Positions 42,471 to 56,570 of a stretch of 64,000 nucleotides of DNA are shown piece by piece. Position numbers and translations under genes: made by a program. Numbering within the stretch: position 1 is the first letter of the stretch; every line of letters starts with the position of its first letter. Origin of the DNA: Vicugna vicugna (lineage: Eukaryota); assembly GCA_013265495.1 (NCBI GenBank), contig MU058384.1, positions 5,700,792 to 5,764,791 of the forward strand, written 5' to 3'. The notes under the pieces are model-generated. The model was not told the origin of the DNA and did not search any database. It worked only from the letters and a program-made list of their open reading frames with translations.

Positions 42471-42791
42471 TAAATTGTGTTAGTGTGTTATTTTTGTCTA
42501 TTTCAGTTAAGGGGGGAAATAGTAGACTCACTTGAAACTTAAACCCAGAGAAATGGCTGTTGCCAGTTCCAGGTCAGTGGGCTTCCTTCCTCCAATAGCA
42601 TCAGCTTCTGACTCAGGAGAGAATAGGGTGGTCTTAGAGCCAGTTTACACTTCGGGGCTTCTAGCAGCATTTTATGACGTCATCGTCATCCATAAATCCA
42701 TCCGAACAAACCATTGTCAATTTACCTGTCTCACAAGGACAGCCATGGGCAAATCTCTGTCCTTACAGAGTCTGATGAGAAAGGCAGACTT

Positions 42792-42932
42792 TATTTTTAG
42801 TTAGTTTTTTTTTTTTTGGTGGAAGCAGGGAGGTAATTAGGTTTATTTATTTTTTACTGGCGGCACTGGGATTGAACCCAGGACCTCATGCATACTAGGC
42901 ATGCACTCTACCACTGAGCTATACCCTCCCCC
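42792..42932 (-). mobile_element. Vic-1-type SINE just downstream of SGK1
   Basis: Full head and tail; TSD aaggcagactt / aaggcagattt. Confidence 0.9.
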
Positions 42933-44569
42933 AAGGCAGATTTTTTTTTAAAAAAGCAGCTTGTTGAAATGGACATCAAGATAATCTGCAGGTATAGGAG
43001 AATGCTCCTGAAGAAGGTGAGGATGTTTTTCATAAATGGCTTTGCTCCAAAAACACTGAGCTGGCAGGACTCCTGGTTTCTGAGAGTAACCAGAGCTGGG
43101 TCCAATGTCAGCTTAAAGAAGGATCCTGAAGGCACACATCTCTGGTTTGAACCAGAAGCCTCTTGAGCTGGTATGTACCCAGCACTGCATGGGCCCACCT
43201 GACTCTGGGTCCCACTGGAAAATTTCTTGTAAGAGAGGGCATATTAAGAGATTATTTTGCATCCAAGTTGTTTGGACTTTTTTACTTTTCTAAGCCTTTA
43301 ACTAATTTCTAGCACACACCGGCTCCTCCAGTGTTTGGTCTTGCTGCTGCTTTAACCTCTAAGCCAGCTGCACTCTCTCTACCCTGACCTCTCAGTTTGC
43401 ACAAAGATTTCCCCGGGGAAAGTAGCGATCATTCCTCCATTTATCATGGCTCTTAGATCTCACCTCCCCATCAAGGCGTCTAAGACTGGTTCAACAGGTG
43501 TTTGGAGATTGCTTAGTCCTTCTCCCTCAAGTCAATGATTTCTTGCTGAACATGAGCCCCAAATCAAGCTCTGCATTTCAGTTACTGCTCTACCCCTACA
43601 GCAATTAGCTGCGTATTAAATCCACTACCAAACCCAAAAGCAAAACCAACAAGAGTGACAAAGAAAATCCAGAGTCTGTACTTTCCTAGTAAAGGCGGAG
43701 GCTAGCCCTGACAGGGAGGCTTTCTGCATGTTTCCCCCTCGTTCTCATGATCAGTAACAGTGACGAATTCCTCCTTGAACAGCAAGTGCTTAAATCACAT
43801 TTTTATCTGAACACAGGTCTTGCAGCTGGGACTCTCATCTAATTATAGATCATTCAGAGGGGCTAGTCACAGATCACAAAGCTTTTTAATTTTTTATGGG
43901 TGGAAATTTGGTTTACGGCTTTAGCCAATCTAGTAGGTACGATCTGATTTACATTGTGGAGAGCTGATGAGCCAGAGGCATCCCAGGTGTTGACACGAAA
44001 ATGGGAAGAGCTTAGGTCAAACACAAGTGGGTGGGAAGTGAACAAGATGAGAACACGGAAGTCCAGAAAGAACAAGGGTCAATAAAAAAAAAAAGGCAAA
44101 TATTTACTAAACACTATGACATCAAATAGCATAGGTGCAGAGGTATCTTTTATCTAGGGGTGTGGAGCACATCCCTGGCAGCATTTGAAACTTCATTTGA
44201 GCAGGATGGTTGGTCAAAGGGACAATTCCCTTGTCCATACTTCTTCATCTGTGGAGCTGCTCAAATGTGGTCTGGAGGAACGCAGTCAGCTAAGATTTGC
44301 ACAAGTTGAAATGGGACTCTGAAACCACTGCTACCATGGAGATAAGTCAAATACTACTCTTTAGGGAATTTGCCATCTACTTGGGGAGACACGGCACACA
44401 TTCATGGTACAAAGCAGGTGGTAAATTATGGGTAAAGGGAACCTCAGAAGCCCAGAGGCTCGCTGTGGGTTTGGCTGCCTCGAATAGACTTTACAGGGGG
44501 ATGCCAAAGACTCTTACCAACCAGTTCTGCTTCTGGAGAGTCTAACAGGATGCAGGCCCTGAGGGTAAG

Positions 44570-44785
44570 ATAACGCTAATAGTGACTACTACAGAGCTCC
44601 TACTAGACATCAGGCATTGGTCTACGCATTTCAGACAAAACTTACCTAATCTTCAGAATAAACTTGTGATGTCAAAAGTGAAGAAACCAGCACAGAAAGG
44701 TAATTTGCTGGAATGTGGTGAGGTTAGAAGTTAAATCATGGCAGTCTGGCCCCAAAGCCCATGCTTGTAACCAATACGCTATTCT
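44570..44785 (-). mobile_element. MIR SINE
   Basis: gagctcctactagacatcaggcattg...ggcagtctggccccaaagcccatgcttgtaacc. Confidence 0.65.
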
Positions 44786-44969
44786 GCAGAATATTGCCAC
44801 CTAACAGGTGACAGCAAGAATACAGAAGCAAACACTGTGTGCTTGTTAGTCATTCACTTATTATCTCACTAGCCTCTTATTAAGATACCTTCTAAGTGTC
44901 ATGCTAGGCAAAGAGAGAAGAGAAGGGGTGAGGGGAGGGAGAAAGAATTTGCAGTTATAATGTAGACAT

Positions 44970-45730
44970 TAACAGTTGTTGATGAAGATGAGGAGCAGCT
45001 GGAAGTATGCATTGCAGTAGGAGGGTGAACTGTGCCACAATTTTAGAAAACTGGCACTTACTACTTAACAAAGATAGACAGATTTATAACGTATGACCCA
45101 GTAGTTCTGCTCCATGGTATACACCCCAAAGAATGTACATATATTTAATAAAATTTTTGCAATAATGTTTATAGTAGTACTATTTATTTTAGCCCCCTAA
45201 ACGGGAACAATTCAAAATGTCCACCAAGAGCAAAATGAATACATATAACGGATAAAATGAATAAATATAATGGAATACCATATTATAATGAAAACAAATG
45301 AATAATGGCTACATATAGCAACAGGGAATCAGTCTCACAAACAATGGAAACCAAACTGTATAATTTGATTTATATAAAATTTGAAAGAAGGCAAACAAAA
45401 TAAAGCTTTTATAGGAGTCAGGACATGATTGCCTTTGGGGAGGGGAGGGTGGAGATAATGATCAAGAGGGCACGTAACGGGGGTGGTCTTCTGGGTGCTC
45501 ACAATTTCTCGATCTTGTTGGTGGTTTCAGGAAGTGGTTTTGCTTTTTTTTTTTTTTTAACTGGAGGTGCTGGGGATTGAACCCTGGACCTTGTACATAC
45601 TAAGCATGCACCTCTACCACTGAGCTATACTCTCCCCTTCACTTTGCTTTTTGATATTTCATCAAGCTAAACACTTATGACATGGAAACTTTTCCATATG
45701 TTTGTTATATATCAATAAAAATATTAAAAA
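44970..45730 (+). mobile_element. Old L1ME-type 3' region, interrupted by a SINE
   Basis: tatgacccagtagttctgctcc, aatgtttatagtagtactattt, aatggaataccat, ending atatcaataaaa. Confidence 0.7.
45544..45638 (-). mobile_element. Vic-1-type SINE nested in old L1
   Basis: ggggattgaaccctggacc...ccactgagctatac; poly-T tail; tttgctttt repeated on both flanks. Confidence 0.88.
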
Positions 45731-46466
45731 ATGTGTGGTGTGATAAAAACAGGATGATACGGGAACACAGAGGAGGGACATCTTACCCAATTTGGGGTTT
45801 AGGGAAAAGGACTGAGTTTTCAGGTAGTTTAGGACAGAGACGCTTAGGAAGATCTGGAGGGTCCAGGTAGACCATCTTGGGAATTGAATCTTGAAGATGA
45901 GGCAGAAAGAAGGGCATTCCAGCTACTGGCTACAAAGGGGGCCTGTACAAGGGAAGAGGCAGCCTGTATAAGCACAATGAATGGGGCATTGGAAAAAGAG
46001 AAGGTCTCAGGCAGACCGAGGTCAGAATCTCAGCTCTACTCATTTGCCCTCTAGCATCAGGCAGGTAGCAACTTGGGCAAACTTCTAACTTCAGTTTCTT
46101 TAGGGGGAAAAAATGTACCCAATGCCTATTTTTTCACTGGTATCCACGACACAAGGTCAGAAGGAACTGGAATTCAAAGAATGCTAATTAATTTCTTCTT
46201 TCTCCACTTAACTACCTTTCTCAGTTTCCCCTTATCTTAAGTAGATTTTTGGAGAAAAAGATATTGAAAAGCAGCGAGAAGTCGTTTTGGACGGGACGTG
46301 GACCTTGTGATTGATGTTCTTGGAAGCCTTGTGGAGAAGTTCAGATTTCACTAGGTAGTAAAGAGAAGCATTTGGAGGTTTTCCATGAGGAAAGTGAAGT
46401 GACCAAAAGGCATGTTCTAGTGACTCTTGCCAAGAGTTGTGGGGAGTGTGGGGAGAACTTTGGAAC

Positions 46467-46467
<1 letters not shown>

Positions 46468-46521
<54 letters not shown>
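46468..46521. repeat. (AAT)18 microsatellite
   Basis: Directly visible. Confidence 0.95.
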
Positions 46522-46522
<1 letters not shown>

Positions 46523-49500
46523 CCATTGAGAAGACTTCTGACAGTCATCACCCTGGTGGTGGCTGGAAAAAGATAGGATATTTTGAAGGCCCAAAATCAA
46601 TGGAGCTTCATGAGTTGCTGGGAATGGAGGAAGAAAAAGGATGAATCCAAAGGAAGGCACATTTAATGTAGTTTGTATTGTAATGTAATTGACTCAACTT
46701 ATTGAAGTGCTTTTCACAGCTGCAGCAACAGCCTCTAGGACCAAAGCCACCCACCAACTTCTTCACTATCCCCAAGATGTAATGAATCAGCCGATAGATA
46801 ATCAATCAATGTACTTGGCGAGGCAGGATGCTACACATGGACGCAAGCTCTCCCTCATCCTGATAAGAAATTTCTCATCTCATCCATCAAAAAGCTCCTG
46901 AAATCCTACCCCATATGCCTCCAGCCTTGTATTAGCAGCTTAATGGTGTAAAACTTAACCTGGTTGTAATCAGCACAACGCTTCTTAAGAAAAACACACT
47001 CACCCAAATTAAGTCCAATTTGAGAAACTGGTTAAATGTTTTTCTCACACTGCATGAAAACTGTCAGCTAATCACCAAAAGTAACACTTGAATTATTACT
47101 ACTTAGACTTCACTCGTAGCTTACATGTGACCTTTCCAAGTCTGCTTTGGCCGTTACATGTTTGCTATATAAGAATGTGTTTAATAGATACACGTTTTCT
47201 CACCTTTCCACATCTTCTCTGTGAAGGATTTTAGCAGGAAGGCTAGGAGCAATCCTTGATGTTTATTTAGTGTTTACCTGTAACACTATGTTCAGACAGA
47301 TACTTCTGTGTATTTATCTTGGAAACCGCAGGCTCTGACAGGCAGGGTGGTTTCCTCTTTTCTGTGTTGTCTGTTCTGCGCTCCACCTAGTGTCCTGCAG
47401 CAGGTATGATGACAGCGCTGCAACAACAATGTGTAAGGTACAGACTGTTCACAAGAAAATATACACACAGATAAAATCACCTCTTGTCAACAAGGAACAT
47501 AAGCATGAGGACATGGTGTCACTTCACAGACACATATATAAAACAGATGAGTGGCTGCCAATTTGGGCATGACATCCAGGTGATTTAACACAATTCTGCT
47601 CACCTTTGTTTTACTGTCACTTTGGATAGTCATAGACTCTGAACCCAGCATTCCAGAGACCAAAGTCATCGCCCTCCATAACCAGACCATTTGATTCCAG
47701 GTGTGTTGCAGTGTTGCTAGCAAAGGCCAGTACAGAGCTATTTGTTTGGGCAATTATTAATTAAATTCAAGTTCACTTAATTAGATTAATTAAGGTTAAG
47801 CTGGAAACAGTTTGGAGTCTAAATTGCAAACAATGATTATATTTTCCTCTGAAAGATCATGACAAAGATCATGACAAAGGGACATCCAGAAATGATCTAA
47901 CGCTTGAATTAGATTATACGCTATCTAATAATAATGAACAATTTGCAATAAATTTAGAGAAAATATTTTTCAAATGTATATGTGACAACTCTTTTAAAGT
48001 ATGGCAAACCAAAGAATAAATAATCAAAGAGGAAAGAATGTGAAAGCAATGAAGCTTCCTTACATTTTTCTTCCATTTGTAAATGGATAACATGCTTTTG
48101 GTAAAATAAATAAAAACATGATGAGTCAAAATGAGTAATAATTTCACGATTGCCTCACTGCTCAGCCATTTACATACCAATTTTTCCTGGCTGGAAACAA
48201 GCCTTTTGATGCATTCTTTTAGAAATTTGCTATGCATAAACAAGCATAAAGGCTTCTAATAACACAAGATTAGAATTTTTAAAGAGGGAGCAGAGGAGGT
48301 GTCTTCATTGCTGGTTGATTTTTTTTTAAGTTACCATAAGTGTTCATGTTTTTTAAAAGCTCAAAATCTCACTCATGTGATTCTAGTGTTAAAAAACTTT
48401 CGGTGTAACGTAACTCTTGTGCTGCATGTCTTCTTTTTCATCTGCTGCAGGATGAAGACACAGCAATCTTGTTTCATGTTGCAGAACAAAGTGATAGACT
48501 CCCTGAGACCGGAGACCCGGCTTTCCAGGTTGCCCTTTGCAACTATGTACGATTTTTGCTTTGTCCACAGTCTTTAGGACCTAACAGCTCAGCAACTTCA
48601 CTGTTACAGAAAAACAGCTAGGAGTCATCTTGATCTGCCACTCACCAAGCAGCTGTCTCATGCCTAGAGCATACCTGAATATTTTCACAAAGCTGACCTG
48701 ATTCAGGGATAACACTTTCCCTTCTAACCATCCCCCCATTCCTTTACGTCACTCTCCCTTATCAACTCTCTTGTCCTTTCTAATACCATAAAATCACAAA
48801 AATGTCAGGGATAGGGGAGGTCACTATTAGCTCCAGGTGAACTCAGTGCCTTCAGGAGCCAGAGTTGAAAATCATATTAGATTAAGAGGACGGGAGTCAT
48901 GGGAAATGCATTTTCTCTTAAAAGCATTGAAATTAAAGCAATAAGATCAAAACCAAAAGCCACCGTGTTGACGAAGTAAAATGAGTCTATGGCCAGAAAC
49001 ACTTGTAACTGTTACAGTGTAACTTCATATCCAATTGTGTAAAATTCAACGAGCCGCCTTCTCTTTTGCATTCTTGTGCCTTCTTTATCTTTGAGCAACA
49101 CAACAGAAAAACAAAATCCCAGACACTGAAGATTGAAAGCTCTGCTTCCCCCAACTATGCAATCGTAAGGAAAGAAGGGGCTCACTGGGACACTAGCTTG
49201 GCATTAGATGAGACCAAGTCCACTCTCCAGTTCGACAGAGTCTGTTCTCAGCTTCCAATCGTAGGCACACACCTGGTGGCCCCAACGTCCATCAGAATCC
49301 CATAACCAGTTTTGGAAAGGAAGCAGGCAGGCTCTTTGGTGTATCACCAGAAACATTTAAAGGGCCCCCCTGAGAGCAGACCACACACTCACTCACAAGG
49401 GAGAATGGATCACACATTGTTTATAATAATCTGAAGAATTTTCTGTTTTCCATACAAGAACAAGGATTAAACCTGGCCAGGCTGATCTGAGTTCCAAAGA

Positions 49501-51069
49501 GCAGGAAGCCAAGTAAAGGTACGTTGAGAGGAAGCACAGTCACTTAAGAAAACCTCTGATTCTTGAAACCGAGCTCGGCTTCTTAGTCTTTCTGAGCCTT
49601 GGTTTATTTCTTCCTGACCTGGGACTAAAAGCACTTCTTTTGTACTGTAGAAGATCTGAGGTAATGTGCCAAGATGCAGAAAAATGTATTTTAACTTAAC
49701 GAGAAAGTAAATAATGGTGTTGCTGATACTTGTCCCGGGAGCGAGGGGCTGGGACCACTCAGACCTACTGCACGGACCCTTTGTAACTTAAAACATGGCT
49801 TCCAATCAGCTCCTCCAGCTGTGCATCTTTGGAAACACAGAGAACAATCCTGTGCCCTCAGAGTCCCAAGCACGACCCCCTTTCCAACTGCAGCAGGAAG
49901 ACTGCGAACTATAAGCTGAGTAAAGAGTCCCACATGCTGGTTTTATAGACTTCAAGATGTTTCTAATTATCCCAAAGGATTATTAAACTGTCAAATTAAA
50001 TTTCTTTCAGGTTTCTTTAAGAAACACACACCGTAAAATAAGGGAGAATTGTATTGCATTACTCACCAACAAAAACAGAGTGGCACAGTGCTATAATAGC
50101 CTGACATTTCATCATGTCAACCTTTTCTTTAAAGAGAGGAACGGCGAGTGACACTTTCACAAAAGCTTTGTTTTTTATTTTTCCGTCATTGCAAATAGCA
50201 GTACGGTCAAATCTGTGGAAGAAACCTAGGGTTATTGGGGGCGTATCTGGATATAATCCAGAAGATTTGGATTCAGATTCTACCCCCACCATGTTGTTAA
50301 ATTTCCTTTTTCATAGAATGGGGATACCAGTAGCTGTTCTGCTTTCCTCACAGGCCAGGGCAAAGTTCCAACCAGACAGACCGCATAGTCCACCTGGAGT
50401 GGCCAACCAGAAAGTGGTCAGCTAGGTTCAGATGCTTCCCAGAAAACACCATGCTTTGAACTGCCCCAATTTACACAGTAGTTTATGTTAAGAATTGCGG
50501 CCTCTGGGAGTCTTTTAAGGCTTTTCTAACAGATTATCCTGCTGAGAATTTTGTTATCTAGTCAGTTTTTTAACACCTCTCAATATGCATATGTATATTT
50601 GAATCGCCTTTGAAAATTCTTCACATTTAAAAGCAAGAAGCTTTTTCAAGGGATTAAATTCCTGAATTCAAAGAGTAAGAATTGCTCTCCATCATACTAA
50701 TCCTTAACATGATGAAATTATATATGTGAACAAGCGATTTAAAGTGTAAGATATAAAAGATATTACGAAATAAAGAATATCCAAATCATCATTTTACTAT
50801 TGTTTGAGCTTTAAGATTTAAATAAAAATCATGCATTGGAGATAAAGACAAAGGAGACAGAGAGATTAGAGATAGAAACAGAGACAGAGATAGTGGGGGA
50901 AAGATAGAGAAAGAGGGATGAGAGAGGAGGAAAGAGAGTCTCATACCATGAGTCCTTGTCACTGTCAAACACATTCCACATAGTTTTCAAGGTCCCAACC
51001 ATGCAAAACAAACAAACAACAACAACAACAAAAGCAGAGAAAGAAAGAAGAGATATAGTCATCATGAAA

Positions 51070-51900
51070 GAAAAGACAAGACAAAATTGTCATTGATGCA
51101 GATGTTGTAGTAATTTACACAGAAATACCAAAGAGATCAGCAAACTATAAAACCTAACTGGAAGTTCATTAAGCCTGCTTCATCCAGTATCTGCCTGCAC
51201 AAATCAATAAGGTTTCTCTACCCAGAAATAAAAGTTAGCAAACAGAACAGAAAAAAAAAATTTGTTTATAGTTAACAGCAAAATAGATAAAGTATCTAGA
51301 AATTACCCTAACACAGAATGCACAAAAATTTTGTAGAGAAAAAAATTAACTCTATTAAAGTGACTGACTACAGGAAAAGGTGTGTTAGTGGACAGGATGT
51401 CATAATTTTGCAAAGATATTGATTCTTTCAAAGTTGACCTATAGGTTTCAGTACATTTCCACTGAAAGTCTAAAAGGATTTGTTGTTGTTGAATTGAAAA
51501 ATTAATTGTGAAATGTATATGAAAGAGTAAGAGTCACTAATATTTCACACAAAATTTACATGAAATAATAGAAAATGGAGAGCAGAGAGGGGAAACTATA
51601 CCTAACAGATCTTAAAACATTACAAAGACATTGAAACAGTATTTTAAAACAAAATGATATTTACATATGGACAGACAAAAGGACAAATGGGACAGAGAGA
51701 TGATATACAGGATATGAGATTAGTGACACCACAAATCAATGCAGAAATGAGATTATTTACCAAATGATGTTAGGATATTTAGCTCATTATATGAAAATAT
51801 CTACCTCACATGACTTTAAAAATAAGCATCAAATGGATGGGAAAAGACCTACATATGAAACATAAAACTATTAAGCTAATAGAAGAAAATAACAAAGAAT
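51070..51900 (+). mobile_element. Old L1M ORF2 (RT and downstream) fragment
   Basis: aaattgtcattgatgcagatg (degenerate LFADD region); acaaatcaata; aaactattaagctaatagaagaaaata. Confidence 0.7.
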
Positions 51901-52621
51901 CTATCAAGTCATTGATGGGCTAATTAACAAACAGGCACATCAAGTGTCACCATATGGCTTGAGAGTCTTCTGTATAGGAATTATGGTTTGAGCAGGGCTA
52001 GGAATGGGAAGAATTTAATGGAACGTAGAGTAAGCTTCCAGAGAAAGTAATAATAACCTACATTACAGACCACTTCACACTATCACATGTTAACTCGCTT
52101 TATCTTTTGGGACTAGTAAGGCAAATGGTAAAATATTTCTATTCCCTTCCTGCATGTGCTAAATTGAGGCTCTGACACCAGAGACTTCACGGAATTTGGG
52201 GAACATCCACGTATCTTTACCAGTGAGCCCAGCACCCACCACCAGGAATGCATAGACCAGCTCTTTCAGTCTCCCTTCCATAGAGATCTGCCTTTTTATG
52301 AGACAGACACTTGAAACTAGAGTAAAGAACCAAAGGTCACTAATCAATAACTGGAATGTGCAGCCAAAATGTGAATGGGCCATTTTCAAGTGAAAAGCTC
52401 CATTAAAATGTGTTACAAATCTCCTGAAAGGCAGTTTCTTATTAAACATGGTATCTGAAGTCTGTGCTTAAGGGACAGTAATACATCCGCTACATTCCTC
52501 CTAGAGCTGTTGTGAGAATCACATGAAAGAGGGAGCTTTCACACATAAGGAATTACTGTCCTAACTTAAAAAATTTCCTGACACCCTTTAACAATGTGCC
52601 AAAGAACAGCAGCATCAGTCT

Positions 52622-52640
52622 GCAGCGCCACCCAGTGGCT
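52622..52640 (-). promoter_or_regulatory. Candidate CTCF site downstream of SGK1
   Basis: Minus strand reads AGCCACTGGGTGGCGCTGC. Confidence 0.5.
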
Positions 52641-53459
52641 ACAATGATGCCTGATAGTTTACGTGTCCTCTTTTTCGGGGGGTATTAACTTTATTACATG
52701 TCTGTTACTCAGGCACTTTGCTTACACTCAGTATATTCCTCTCAGATTTTTATTTATAAAAATTGTTTATATGAGGTTTTGCCAGTGAATTTCACTCTGA
52801 TAAGCTAAGACCAAAAAAAGCCCAAATTTCAGATCATAAACTCTTATTTTACTCAGAATGTTTCACCCTGTATAGCTGTCCTCATCAGAACTGCAACCCA
52901 AATGTTTGATAAACGTTTGTTATTTAACACTGGAGGACAAGCTGGGGACATTGCTGGAGCCATGTGTTTCCTTCTTGATTTGCCTGTTTGTTATACTTAA
53001 AATTGCTGATTCACACCTGAGAATTTTCTTGTTACAGTTCGCTCACCCATAGCATTGCTTCCATTTAAAAAAAAAAATCTCTTGAGTATTTTTCAATGTT
53101 AGACACTGTGCTTATTGCTAGGGATACAGTGGCAAGCAAAACAGAACTCAGATCTTGCCTTCCAGGAGTTTGCAATCTAGTCAGAGAGCTGCACGATCAT
53201 TAAGTGACCACACAAATGTTATTGACTTACTTAGCTCAGGGAATGAGAATGTTTGTTTCATTGTGGTTTTATTTGTTATTTATTTTGTTGTTGTTGTTGT
53301 GAAAGAACAAGAGTCTAACTTGTCCTCATGCATATCTGGGTGTTTGGGGGACACTGGGTTTACAGTGAACGATCTTGAAGCTCTTTTGTTTAAAATTGAC
53401 AATCAGTGGGAAGAAGAAAGAAGCGTGTCCTCTGTGTTTTTGAATAATCTTGTGAAGCA

Positions 53460-53650
53460 GTGAAATCTGGAGTCGGAAACACCAAATAAACCCTGTGGTC
53501 TCTTACTATTCTTGTGACCGTCAGCAAATGATTTTATCTCCCTGATACTCAATTTTTCTTTTCTGTAAAATAGAAATAATAATAATACCTACCTTGGCGG
53601 AGAAAGCCAAGACTGTTACGGTGCATGGTACATAATAGGTGATTAATACT
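53460..53650 (+). mobile_element. MIR SINE
   Basis: ctcaatttttcttttctgtaaaatagaaataataataatacctacc. Confidence 0.65.
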
Positions 53651-55479
53651 TTGCCTAAAGTATCATATGATCAAAGGTCACACAATTTTCAATGCATCAC
53701 TCATATTTTACCGACCCCTAAAATGGTACATAAAGTTTAAAACAATGAGGAAGAAAATGTAAATTTGACTCAAAAGTAAGCAAAAATTAGAAGTTTTGAG
53801 AACATAATGTATAACATTGTTATGGTTGAATGCAAATTCAAGCTCCTCACATTTCAAAGACATGTAGTGAACATCTAGTGACTGTATGTAAATTTTTATT
53901 TCACAGCCTTGAGGGTCAGACTAAGACAGGTGTTCAAATTCAATTGGTCAAATGAAGGAGGAAGCAAAATTTAACTGGTTAGCTTAGGACTCATAACTGC
54001 TTAAAAGAAGAAACTGCACTAAAACCCATGACTCAGTTCTCTGGGTTGTGTCTCTTCAGACGTCATCAAAAAGAATGGATACTTCTGGATATCTCAACAG
54101 TCTAAACAGAAAAGTCTTCCCAACATTGCTGGAAGTCTTGCCTTGCAGACAGTTTTTCAGATCATTGCCCCCTTTTATGTATGAACAGAGGAAATGTCTC
54201 AAATGTTCCAGTTATAAGAGTTTTCTGTCCTATTAAGTGCATACACATTCCTGTACACAATTCAAAGTATCTCAGAAGGGAGAGAAGAATTAAAGAGTTG
54301 ACATTTGTTGAAACCTACGTATGTATTAAGCACTGTAGATACATTATCTTATTTAATGGGCTAAGTACTGTTGTCCCTGAGTCACAGAGGGGACCCTGGG
54401 ACTAGTGAGGACAAATAGCTATTCCCTAGAGCTAGCAAATGGCAAAAAGTCAGGTCTTGCTGACCCCAGATATTCTGATATTTCTATTGCTTCCCCATCA
54501 GAAGAATGACCAATGAAACAGAATGTGTTTCACTCTGACCTGAATAAATTGCATTCTTAGTGAAATCCAGTCAACCGCCAGTCATTAACCTTTACGTGGC
54601 GTCCAGAAATTGAAGGCTGTTAATATCAGTCTTTTCATTTTTACAGAGGAAGTTATGGAGGTTAAGATCTTTCTCGGAACATTACTAGCATCGAGACAGT
54701 TTTGCTAAAATAAGGGCACATTATTTTCTACTGTCTTCTTGGGGGAAACACATGTTTACTAAGTGTTTTTAAATATTTATTTTGAAGCTCTGAATACACT
54801 TTTGTGATTGTTTCCCTCTGCCTCACAGTTTTCTGAGAAGGGCCTACAGGGCATTTTCCCCTTGGCTCGTGTTCCCATCACTTATTACAATATGGGAAGA
54901 AAAATTCGAGGCCACAGCTAATCTGGGCAAGAGACTGGTGTCACTAGACCTCAATATTAATTTTCCAGATGACTTTGCGGCTGAATTGGCATTACTCTGT
55001 GCCTTTAGAAGATTGAAGGGAGATAATAAGGTTAGTGGAAGGACGATGCCTGCAAGATCACATGCACACGGTAAAGTCAGAGCAGGGGACACACATTGGC
55101 ACTTACACGCACGCGCTACTGAACTCCAACAGTCGCTGAGGCTTTTGAAAAGGGACACTTTTGCATTGTTTCTGGGCCTTCTTCAGCCTGTAATTCCTGA
55201 TTCCATGTGCTCTTTCAAACGAAAATCACCTACGAAATGGTCCATAAAGGAGGAGTCCCGCATGTGCCAGGTGAGGGCTTGGGTGAATCTGGCTGAGCAG
55301 CCGGCGTTCTCCACTCAGGGCTGTGCTCCTGAGCAAACCCAAGAAGTGCTGTGCTGGGGGCCAAGGTCAGAGTCAGAACCAGAAAGAGACCAAGTCAGAT
55401 CGTGCGTCTCGGACCTGGACATGCTGGTCAAGCTCTTCCCTGCCTCAGGACCTTGTGTTTGCCCTTCTCTCTTCCTGAA

Positions 55480-55741
55480 AGCCTGCCTCGCCTGCTCTAA
55501 GACATTTTGGTGAAGATGTGCTCTCTCCACCTCTTCTGAAGCAGCTCCCCTAGAAATTATTCTGTCTTCCCACTGTCTTTATTTCCTTTACGCCCCGCTC
55601 TGCAATTATTTATCTGTCTCTTCCTAGAACACAAGCTTCCTGAAGGCAGGCTTTATCATTCTGACCTCTATTAAATCCCCGACACCCATGTATGCCTAGT
55701 GTATATTAAGTGCTCAATAAACGTTTGTTGAGTGAGTGAGT
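55480..55741 (+). mobile_element. L2 LINE 3' end
   Basis: aagcttcctgaaggcagg...gtgctcaataaacgtttgttgagtgagtgag. Confidence 0.75.
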
Positions 55742-56059
55742 AATTCACCTGTATAGTACTTTCTAGACATTTACAAAACATCTCTGTGCTAGAAAAGCAG
55801 GGATGATAATACTTGGATTGATGCCAACTGGTCAGTTAGTCAAAACAAACAAAAAACCAAACAGAAAAAGTCAATAGCTTGAAATTACAACTTGAGGCTA
55901 GAAAAAGAAGCTGTAGCATGTGAAACGATGGAGTCAGAATTCAAAAAGAGTATTCAAAGAGTCACATGTGATGAAAAGTGATTTAAAAAATACATATAAA
56001 GTTTCCCATAAAAGTCCAAAGAATCAACTTCACAACTATAAAATCAAAAACGTTGGGCT

Positions 56060-56525
56060 TAACAGTACATGTGAACATTAGACAATTTAATTGACTGCAG
56101 TCTCAATATGAGTTAAGTGCACTATGAAGCTTCCAAAAATCAAATGTGCTCTTAGGCTGATTAACAGAAATGCTGTGACTGGAAGAAAATCAGGTCCACA
56201 TTTTTAACGAATGAGGCAATATCAGAAGAAGGTTTTATTTCCAGCAGGATATTTCAAGAAAACCGTTCAAATTGAAGTGAGCAGGATGGAAAAGTTGTTG
56301 AAACCAGATTCTAAGGGCAGAAACAGGGACGATCTAGCTGGGAAAAAGAGGAGTCTGGGGGTGGTTTTCAGCTTGAGAGGGGCGTGCAGGAGGTGTGCAG
56401 ATGGAGAACACGATAGCTGTCCACAGATACTTAGCAGAGGAGGAACTAGCCTGATCTTGCTGTGCTGTGTGGCAGGACAAAGTGGAGCTGGGTGGAAATC
56501 AAAGGGAGGCAGACTTTGAAGCAAC
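56060..56525 (+). mobile_element. L3/CR1 LINE fragment
   Basis: tcttaggctgattaacagaa; gggaggcagactttg. Confidence 0.55.
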
Positions 56526-56570
56526 CTGAAGAGGTCGTGAGATCTTGATAGTGACCGTGGAGTGGCTCCA

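Noticed and set aside
47852..47879. 12-nt tandem duplication (AAAGATCATGAC)x2
   Set aside because: Ordinary slippage duplication with no functional context
54869..55513. 214-aa plus-strand ORF
   Set aside because: GTG start, no recognisable homology or splice context, ends in L2-derived sequence; a BLASTP/PhyloCSF hit would be needed
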